Assembly (NCBI GenBank): GCA_009618475.1
Contig: WJOV01000156.1
Coordinates: forward strand, 1 to 13,781
Direction of reading: 5' to 3'
Length of the DNA stretch: 13,781 nucleotides
From: Methanosarcinales archaeon
Lineage (GTDB): Archaea > Halobacteriota > Syntropharchaeia > Alkanophagales > Methanospirareceae
The position numbers and the translations under genes are program-made. Every line of letters starts with the position of its first letter. The stretch's first letter is position 1. This document shows, one piece after another, positions 1 to 5,254 of this stretch. The notes beneath the pieces are model-generated. The model was not told where the DNA came from, did not search any database, and saw only the letters and a program-made list of their open reading frames with translations.

Positions 1-63
1 CAGGATAAAGTCAAAAAACAGCAAGATGCCAGCGAAGACCAATAATAGTTCCCCCGTTTCCAT
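1..63 (-). CDS. CcmF/NrfE-like cytochrome c heme lyase, second copy; only the N-terminal 21 codons are in the window (gene runs off the left edge)
   Basis: Minus-strand ATG at 63-61. Bases 1-63 are the exact reverse complement of 1753-1815, so they encode METGELLLVFAGILLFFDFIL, identical to the start of the 653-aa CcmF-like ORF. The same GGGAG Shine-Dalgarno-like motif and the same 3-nt gap after the upstream stop are present. Confidence 0.6.
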   Translation of the reverse strand, partial: METGELLLVFAGILLFFDFIL

Positions 64-94
64 TTTTTACTCCCATATTTTAATTCTTATATCC
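1..94. repeat. Left arm of a perfect inverted repeat (partner 1722-1815); may extend beyond the window edge
   Basis: Base-by-base comparison: the reverse complement of 1-94 equals 1722-1815 (94/94). Identity drops immediately inside, at 95-100 vs 1716-1721 (3/6). Confidence 0.95.
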
Positions 95-615
95 TCTATT
101 TCAACACCATATTCCACATCTATCGTTCCTGTATCGTCTTCAATCCTCAATTTCGTTTTTCCAGGCGTGAGTTCCATTCGTTTTACTTTCCCTTTTACAC
201 GCACGGAATGGTCATAATAATACTCCGAGAAGCCTTTCAGCTCCGCAACGGAGATATCCTTGTAGCCATGCTCCACATAAGAACTCAATTTATCTGCATA
301 AATTATACCACCGCCGGCATATATTCCGCTTATCATCAGCCGTTCTCCCGTCTGGAAAGCTCTCGTGCCGCCACTACTGACCTGTATCGTGCCCGAGCCA
401 TCATCCATTGTCAGGACGCCCGTATCTCCTGGCTCATAAGTATGGACGTTGCAGGTCTCAACGTTATTGGAAACGGTTACGACAACACCAGAAATCGTCA
501 CCTCTTCGCCTATATATGCGTCATCTATACTGGAAATGCGGATTCCTTCAACTCCGGCCGGCATGATTAGTATAACAAGTATAAGCGCCATCAGAACCGC
601 ATTTATCGCTTTCAT
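67..615 (-). CDS. Exported or membrane-anchored protein with two tandem OB-fold-like beta-barrel domains; function unknown
   Basis: 182-aa ORF with an N-terminal hydrophobic signal/anchor (MKAINAVLMALILVILIMPAG). Two repeats fit the OB-fold pattern: V.ISG.V....DDGSGTIQV and VRVKGKV...EDDTGTIDV. GGGG lies just upstream of the ATG. The stop is 3 nt before the ATG of the truncated CcmF-like copy. The C-terminal DIRIKIWE lies inside the inverted repeat. Confidence 0.6.
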   Translation of the reverse strand: MKAINAVLMALILVILIMPAGVEGIRISSIDDAYIGEEVTISGVVVTVSNNVETCNVHTYEPGDTGVLTMDDGSGTIQVSSGGTRAFQTGERLMISGIYAGGGIIYADKLSSYVEHGYKDISVAELKGFSEYYYDHSVRVKGKVKRMELTPGKTKLRIEDDTGTIDVEYGVEIEDIRIKIWE

Positions 616-670
616 TTCCCCTTTGTTATTTTATAAATAGTTATGTTTATATTATATAAAATATAAAAGG
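616..670. promoter_or_regulatory. AT-rich divergent promoter region between the OB-fold gene (-) and the multiheme cytochrome operon (+)
   Basis: A 55-bp, strongly AT-rich spacer with several TATA-like runs on both strands (TTTTATAAATA, TTTATATTATATAAAATATAAAA). No experimental support. Confidence 0.35.
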
Positions 671-1327
671 ATGGAACTCAAACTATTTGCGGTGCTCGTC
701 ATTGTGATTCTCGTCGTAGCCGTATCCATTAGTATAGGCGAAGGAGATAGCGAGGCGATTCCGCCGAATACCGTGGGATTCTTAGGCGGTGGATGGCATC
801 CTGCGCCAGAGTGCATTCAATGTCACGTTTCGCTTCTTTCCGAGGGTGCGTTGCGTGCAAAACTTGGCTCCTGTGAATGTCATCGTGAAACTTATACTTC
901 CGGTGGGAAGATAGACAACGAAAAGATCAGGGAGAATGCACATGGCATTAAGGCATGTATTGATTGTCACATAGGAAGCGGAATAGCAACCAGTGCGGGG
1001 GAGGTCCCCTCTGATGAAATCCATCGTCCCCACGTGAGTCTCGATTGCCAGGCATGTCACGGTGAAAGGGAGAGCATAACAATCCCTGAAAAGGGAAATT
1101 GCGATTTCTGCCATCTCGGTGACGCTCATTTCGTTCATGGCAACAAAACAGGTGATCTATGCGTGGTTTGTCATGGCTCGTTTGGGCTAAAATATAAAGA
1201 GGTGGGGTATCAAATGAAAGAGGGTGTGCCGGTGGAGAAAAAACCGGAAGAGGTGACTTATCCCACTATTTCTAATATATTGAAAGCAGTGATAGAACTT
1301 ATATTCAAACAGGGGGAAAAGCGATGA
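671..1327 (+). CDS. Membrane-anchored multiheme c-type cytochrome (5 CXXCH plus one CXCH)
   Basis: 218-aa ORF with an N-terminal TM/signal helix (LFAVLVIVILVVAVSISIG). Canonical motifs are CIQCH, CIDCH, CQACH, CDFCH and CVVCH, plus SCECH (one residue between the cysteines). There are 6 additional free His. The stop overlaps the next ATG (ATGA at 1324-1327). Confidence 0.85.
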   Translation: MELKLFAVLVIVILVVAVSISIGEGDSEAIPPNTVGFLGGGWHPAPECIQCHVSLLSEGALRAKLGSCECHRETYTSGGKIDNEKIRENAHGIKACIDCHIGSGIATSAGEVPSDEIHRPHVSLDCQACHGERESITIPEKGNCDFCHLGDAHFVHGNKTGDLCVVCHGSFGLKYKEVGYQMKEGVPVEKKPEEVTYPTISNILKAVIELIFKQGEKR

Positions 1328-1749
1328 AAAAAAGTAATATATTAGCACTGATTATCATTGTAATTTTCATAGGGCTTCTTACGGTTTCGATTATGAGCAT
1401 AGAAGAAGTGCCAATTATAAAAGTCAACGCGGAGGTTACTGTGACTGATGACCGCGCAACGGTAAAAATTGTCAGCGTGGAACAAGAGGCGGTGAATCCG
1501 CTTAAAAGTCCGAGGGGTAGTTCTACCGCGGGTTTCCCGAGCGTGGAAGCAAGGGCGATAATAAACAATGCAAAAGTCAGCTATTGGGCTGCCGAGGATT
1601 ATCAGGAGGATGGTGCCTACGAGTTCGTAATCGGCTTCCGCAAGGGTGCCACGCCGAACCGTGGCGATATGGTGAAGGTGATAGTGGAGGTGGTGGATGA
1701 GGGTGGTCGCGCATTAACAAGGGATATAAGAATTAAAATATGGGAGTAA
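1324..1749 (+). CDS. Small N-terminally anchored beta-rich protein of unknown function, translationally coupled between the cytochrome and ccmF
   Basis: 141-aa ORF with an N-terminal TM helix (ILALIIIVIFIGLLTVSIM) and no Cys or His motifs. There is a 4-nt overlap with the upstream gene, and the stop is 3 nt before the ccmF ATG. The last 9 codons (DIRIKIWE plus stop) lie within the inverted repeat. Confidence 0.6.
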   Translation: MKKSNILALIIIVIFIGLLTVSIMSIEEVPIIKVNAEVTVTDDRATVKIVSVEQEAVNPLKSPRGSSTAGFPSVEARAIINNAKVSYWAAEDYQEDGAYEFVIGFRKGATPNRGDMVKVIVEVVDEGGRALTRDIRIKIWE

Positions 1750-1815
1750 AAAATGGAAACGGGGGAACTATTATTGGTCTTCGCTGGCATCTTGCTGTTT
1801 TTTGACTTTATCCTG
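1722..1815. repeat. Right arm of the perfect inverted repeat (partner 1-94)
   Basis: See the left arm. This arm covers the last 9 codons of ORF 1324-1749, the GGGAG-TAA-AAA-ATG junction and the first 21 codons of ccmF. Confidence 0.95.
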
Positions 1816-3714
1816 TTGTTAAAGGCAAAGGCTAAGCCAGAAGAGAAGAAGAAACTGGAACTCGCATTTTTCGCTTCTTCCATAGCTTGTGTGCTAATAA
1901 TGGCTTCATATCTCAGGCTCACCCGGGCTTTCCTGAATAATGATTTTTCGTTGATGGAAGTTTACTCGTACAGTTCATCGAGTTTGTCCATCTGGTATAA
2001 ACTTGGCGACCCCTGGATAGGTAGTAGCGGGTCAATGCTCTTTGTTACTTCCTTCTTTGCACTTGTATATTTTGTGTATCGGTTCAAGGGGTTAGGGAAA
2101 GAAGACGTGTTTCGCACAACCACTTACAAAATATTGGACGTCTTCCTTATCTTCTTCCTTCTCGTCACCTTGCTGAAGAGCCCTTTTGAACTGCTGCCTG
2201 TGACGCTGCCGGATGGTGCGGGGTTAAATCCACTGTTGCAAACGTTTTGGGTGCTTGTTCACCCGCCCGTGATATTTTTCGGATACGTATTTGTCTTCTT
2301 TGCTTTCGCAATGACGCTGGCGGGGATGATAACGGGTGAGCCTGAAAAACAGGAAAGAAAGACTTTAAAACTTTCCCTTTATGCAGCATGGCTGTTTCTG
2401 GCGCTTGGAATAGCTCTCGGTGGGTGGTGGTCTTATGAAGTGCTGGGCTGGGGCGGATACTGGGCTTGGGACCCTGTGGAGACGGCTTCTTTATTGCCCT
2501 GGCTTGCTCTCACCGCGTACTTTCACCTGCCTGCGCGGAGTAAAGATATGGCAAAAGAACTCACGCTACTGATTACCTTTTCTATGATTATCTTCGCCAC
2601 CGCGCTGACCCGGGGAGGGTTGTTGGAATCGGTTCATGCCTTTGGAGAATCCTCTGTCGGACCCGTGCTCCTGGGCTTTGCTTTTTGCGTTGTTCTTTAC
2701 TTCTTCTATCTAACTCGAAAGGCGAATAAACCGCTCTATACTTTTGACATTGACACTTCTTCTCTGTTCTCTATCTCAATCTTCGCCGCTTATTGGTCGC
2801 TGATATTTTTGTGGATTATTTGCTTTTTTGGAGATGCCGCACCGATAATCGGTGGCTTTTTCACTGAGAACCCCATGACCACGAATGTGGAATATTATAA
2901 CAGATGGTGCTATCCTTTCACGCTCCTCTTCGTAGCCGCTTTGATGGGCTGCAACGTCAACGTCGGTCTGAAAATAAAGAAATATGCCGTGTTAATTACC
3001 GCGGTAATGGGCATAGGCGTTGTTTTAGCATTGCTCGGCGAACCAACGCCAAATCCACTTGCAAACTTCGGGCTTCCGCTTCTACTTGCAGCGGGAGTTG
3101 CTATCGCTTACAATTTCGCGCGGTTACTGCCAAAGAAGAATGCTCCTTCGCGATTATGGGGCAAAACACTCGTGCATCTCGCAATCATCGTCATTCTAAT
3201 AGGCGTTTTTGTCAGTTCCGCCGCGGAGGAAGAGAGCGAAAACATCTTTGCAAACCCCAACTCCGTTATTGATGCTTTGGGGATGCAAATTGCATTGAAT
3301 AATTTCACGGTGTATCCCGGCACCGGAAGCGTTTACTACGCCCAGCATTCTTTCGTAGGCCCTGAACGCTCTGCACTAAAAATGGACGTTGCTATCGAAG
3401 ATGGTGGAAACGTTCACCAAGAATCCCTGTGGATGTATTACTATCCAATCCATGGCGTTGTGTCCGAACCTTCAATCATTTCTACTCCCGCGGGGGACGT
3501 GTATGTTTCCATGCACCACACAAACTCCAGTTATAATTCCATGTTTTACGCTCTTATGGGCGAGGCGGTTCAGCCAGAAGATTTTATCATTGTCGTAAAG
3601 AGGATACCCTTGATATGGCTTGTTTGGGCTGGTATAGTATTAATGGGAATAGGAATGACAATATTACTATTCGGCGAACTCCTGAGAACTGGTTATAAAA
3701 AAGAAAACTTTTAA
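1753..3714 (+). CDS. ccmF: Cytochrome c-type biogenesis protein CcmF / NrfE-like heme lyase (System I)
   Basis: 653-aa polytopic membrane ORF. It carries the tryptophan-rich WWD signature LGWGGYWAWDPVETASLLPWL (nt about 2447-2484). Conserved His contexts are VHPPVIFFGY, TAYFH and SVHAF. The length is typical of CcmF (about 650 aa). GGGAG lies 6 nt upstream of the ATG. Confidence 0.9.
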   Translation: METGELLLVFAGILLFFDFILLLKAKAKPEEKKKLELAFFASSIACVLIMASYLRLTRAFLNNDFSLMEVYSYSSSSLSIWYKLGDPWIGSSGSMLFVTSFFALVYFVYRFKGLGKEDVFRTTTYKILDVFLIFFLLVTLLKSPFELLPVTLPDGAGLNPLLQTFWVLVHPPVIFFGYVFVFFAFAMTLAGMITGEPEKQERKTLKLSLYAAWLFLALGIALGGWWSYEVLGWGGYWAWDPVETASLLPWLALTAYFHLPARSKDMAKELTLLITFSMIIFATALTRGGLLESVHAFGESSVGPVLLGFAFCVVLYFFYLTRKANKPLYTFDIDTSSLFSISIFAAYWSLIFLWIICFFGDAAPIIGGFFTENPMTTNVEYYNRWCYPFTLLFVAALMGCNVNVGLKIKKYAVLITAVMGIGVVLALLGEPTPNPLANFGLPLLLAAGVAIAYNFARLLPKKNAPSRLWGKTLVHLAIIVILIGVFVSSAAEEESENIFANPNSVIDALGMQIALNNFTVYPGTGSVYYAQHSFVGPERSALKMDVAIEDGGNVHQESLWMYYYPIHGVVSEPSIISTPAGDVYVSMHHTNSSYNSMFYALMGEAVQPEDFIIVVKRIPLIWLVWAGIVLMGIGMTILLFGELLRTGYKKENF

Positions 3715-3719
3715 AGGTG

Positions 3720-3768
3720 TTTTTCTTTTCCGTAAACGCTTTTCTTTTTCTAAAAGAAAAGGGTTTAT
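3720..3768. repeat. 49-bp direct repeat, copy A (partner 9014-9062), containing a 10-bp-stem palindrome
   Basis: TTTTTCTTTTCCGTAAACGCTTTTCTTTTTCTAAAAGAAAAGGGTTTAT is identical at both loci. After one mismatch the match continues through TATGA (54/55 in total). Confidence 0.9.
3739..3761. terminator. Perfect hairpin (CTTTTCTTTT-TCT-AAAAGAAAAG) between convergent ccmF and cytochrome genes; possible bidirectional terminator
   Basis: 10-bp stem with a 3-nt loop, and T-runs on both strands. It lies 25 nt after the ccmF stop and 8 nt after the minus-strand cytochrome stop. Its function is inferred only from position. Confidence 0.35.
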
Positions 3769-4395
3769 CTATGAATGTTTCTCTGGTGGGTGGCAGATAT
3801 TACAGGTTTCTTCCTTAACGTTTACATCGTGGTCGTCGTGACATGCAACGCACTCGTAGTCGCTGTAATCCGGACTCTCGTAGCCACGATACTCGCCAAC
3901 TCTGTGTTTGGTGTGTTCGATTAGGGGCGCTGTGACCCCCGTATGGCAACTGGTGCACGAAATCTCAACACCTGTAATCTTTTCCGGCATGACAACGTTG
4001 TGTTCCTCGTGACACTCCACACAATATTCGCTCTTTGGAGATGCAGGCGGCTTCTCTTCTATTTCTCCTGCCATTTCCTCGAAAATTTCATCTAAATCCC
4101 TTCCCTCCATCATTCCTTCAACCATCCCTTCAGCATGGTGAGTAGCATGCCCCATATACATGAACATTTCCGCGATAGGCCCATGCGGTTTATGGCATTC
4201 ATGACAATCCACGCCCTTATGCACCGATTCTTCCAGTGAGGTGTAAAAGGGCGCCATTTCATGACAGTTCTTACCGCAGCTCTCCGGCTTGTGCATCTCT
4301 TCCTCCATGATAGGCATCATAACTGCCGCACCGCCGAGGACTCCGATGGTAACCACTACGACCAGCGCAATAATGACCTTCTCTCCTATTTCCAT
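3769..4395 (-). CDS. NapC/NirT/NrfH-like membrane-anchored multiheme cytochrome c (5 CXXCH plus CX3CH-x-M)
   Basis: I chose the start at the internal ATG 4395, giving MEIGEKVIIALVVVVTIGVLGG (a TM helix), with GGAG 7 nt upstream and a TATA box at 4440-4448. The segment SCGKNCHEMAPFY...SVHKGVDCHECHKPH matches the NapC/NrfH N-terminal pattern C..CHEM...Y...SVH...C.DCH.PH. Further motifs are CVECH, CTSCH, CVACH and CNICH. The track ORF extends to 4473, but that extension overlaps the promoter. Confidence 0.85.
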   Translation of the reverse strand: MEIGEKVIIALVVVVTIGVLGGAAVMMPIMEEEMHKPESCGKNCHEMAPFYTSLEESVHKGVDCHECHKPHGPIAEMFMYMGHATHHAEGMVEGMMEGRDLDEIFEEMAGEIEEKPPASPKSEYCVECHEEHNVVMPEKITGVEISCTSCHTGVTAPLIEHTKHRVGEYRGYESPDYSDYECVACHDDHDVNVKEETCNICHPPEKHS

Positions 4396-4439
4396 TTTTT
4401 TACTCCAAACGGATATATTCATCACTATGCAAAATACAG

Positions 4440-4448
4440 TATATAAAA
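4440..4448 (-). promoter_or_regulatory. Putative archaeal TATA box (TTTTATATA on the minus strand) for the 3769-4395 cytochrome gene
   Basis: It matches the archaeal TATA consensus and lies about 45-53 nt upstream of ATG 4395. That spacing leaves a short leader containing GGAG. Confidence 0.4.
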
Positions 4449-4490
4449 CTTTCGATTTTTTTGCATGCGTCACAGGAAAAATTAGAAAGC

Positions 4491-4498
4491 TTTATATA
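4491..4498 (+). promoter_or_regulatory. Putative archaeal TATA box (TTTATATA) for the Yip1-like gene
   Basis: Consensus TATA box centred about 30 nt upstream of GTG 4522 / ATG 4525. This implies a leaderless or near-leaderless mRNA. Confidence 0.4.
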
Positions 4499-4521
4499 GT
4501 GAAAATCACCCTTAGTAAAAA

Positions 4522-5079
4522 GTGATGTTACAGATGAACGTCCTGGGTAAAATACGTGGCTTCGCATTCAATCCTGTAAAAGAATTCGCAACATCTAAGG
4601 AAGATACGCTCAGCGATGCCTTCAAGTATTTCGTCCCTTTGCTGGCGATTCTCGCAGCGATTCTCGCAATCGCGGTGACCGCAGCGGTGTTAATGCTGGG
4701 ATTACCTCCAATCAGTAAATTCGCACCACTGCTCGGTGCCGGGGCTTTTGTGGGCATAATCGCCGTGGGCATAATCGCCGCCATCTACATCGCCGTTTGG
4801 CTCCACATCTGGGTGTACCTGCTTGGCGGTAGAAAAGGATTAAAGCAGACTGTAAAAGCGATTACGTATGGTTCAACGCCGTGCCTGATACTGGGCTGGG
4901 TTCCCGGACCGAACGTCATCATCGCACCGATATGGTCGCTTCTCCTGGTAATCAGCGGTGTGATGGAACTTCACGAACTATCTCCGGGAATGGCAATCCT
5001 CGCGGTAATCCTTGCAATCCTTGCACCTCTGATTATCCTCGGAGCAGTCATCGCCACGGTTGTTCTAATAATGCTCTGA
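4522..5079 (+). CDS. Yip1-domain-like integral membrane protein
   Basis: 185-aa ORF (GTG 4522; ATG at 4525 is equally possible). A soluble N-terminus (FNPVKEFATSKEDTLSDAFKYF) is followed by about 5 TM helices and a GGRKGLKQTVKAITYGSTP loop. This resembles archaeal Yip1/DUF1282-type proteins. The assignment rests on pattern recognition only. Confidence 0.55.
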   Translation: MMLQMNVLGKIRGFAFNPVKEFATSKEDTLSDAFKYFVPLLAILAAILAIAVTAAVLMLGLPPISKFAPLLGAGAFVGIIAVGIIAAIYIAVWLHIWVYLLGGRKGLKQTVKAITYGSTPCLILGWVPGPNVIIAPIWSLLLVISGVMELHELSPGMAILAVILAILAPLIILGAVIATVVLIML

Positions 5080-5100
5080 TGAAGTAAATAGCTCCTTTAT

Positions 5101-5243
5101 AACCACAAGATTACACATAAGCCCTTTCAGGGCTTGCGGGGACATGGGGCTGAGCCCCATAATTTTCACGGGAAACCTTTACCAAAGAAACAGGTTTTTG
5201 ATAAAACTTTTTTCTAAAAAGTTTTAGTGTTAATCTCGTGGTT
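5101..5243. repeat. Hairpin-rich intergenic repeat element with terminal inverted repeats (MITE-like), copy 1
   Basis: Termini are AACCACAAGATTACACA (5101-5117) and TAATCTCGTGGTT (5231-5243), an imperfect inverted repeat. Internal hairpins lie at 5119-5135 (7 bp, loop TTC), 5144-5160 (7 bp, loop TGA), 5173-5197 (6 bp) and 5202-5226 (11 bp, loop TCT). The left terminus is the exact reverse complement of 9725-9741. Confidence 0.7.
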
Positions 5244-5254
5244 TTTTACCTCAG

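Noticed and set aside
67-615. Calling the tandem OB-fold protein CcmE
   Set aside because: It has no C-terminal flexible tail with the HxxxY motif or the archaeal CxxxY heme-binding variant. It has two barrels, not one. Only the fold class and gene position are suggestive, so it is kept as a hypothesis and not as an annotation.
208-1568. ORFs 208-570(+), 449-640(+), 782-1138(-) and 1305-1568(-), which overlap the OB-fold, cytochrome and 141-aa genes
   Set aside because: They are antisense or out of frame relative to ORFs that have signal anchors and heme motifs. They have no motifs and no plausible start context.
4396-4473. N-terminal extension of the NapC-like cytochrome ORF (track start 4473, MTHAKKSKVLYTVFCIVMNISVWSKK)
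   Set aside because: The extension covers the TATA-like box at 4440-4448 and the GGAG at 4403-4406. The internal ATG 4395 gives a normal signal-anchor N-terminus.
5074-5160. Possible C/D box sRNA (CTGATGA at 5076-5082 and CTGA at 5150-5153)
   Set aside because: The C box overlaps the stop codon of the Yip1-like gene. No C'/D' boxes are evident, the flanks do not form a terminal stem, and the box spacing of about 70 nt is long. Chance occurrence is more likely.
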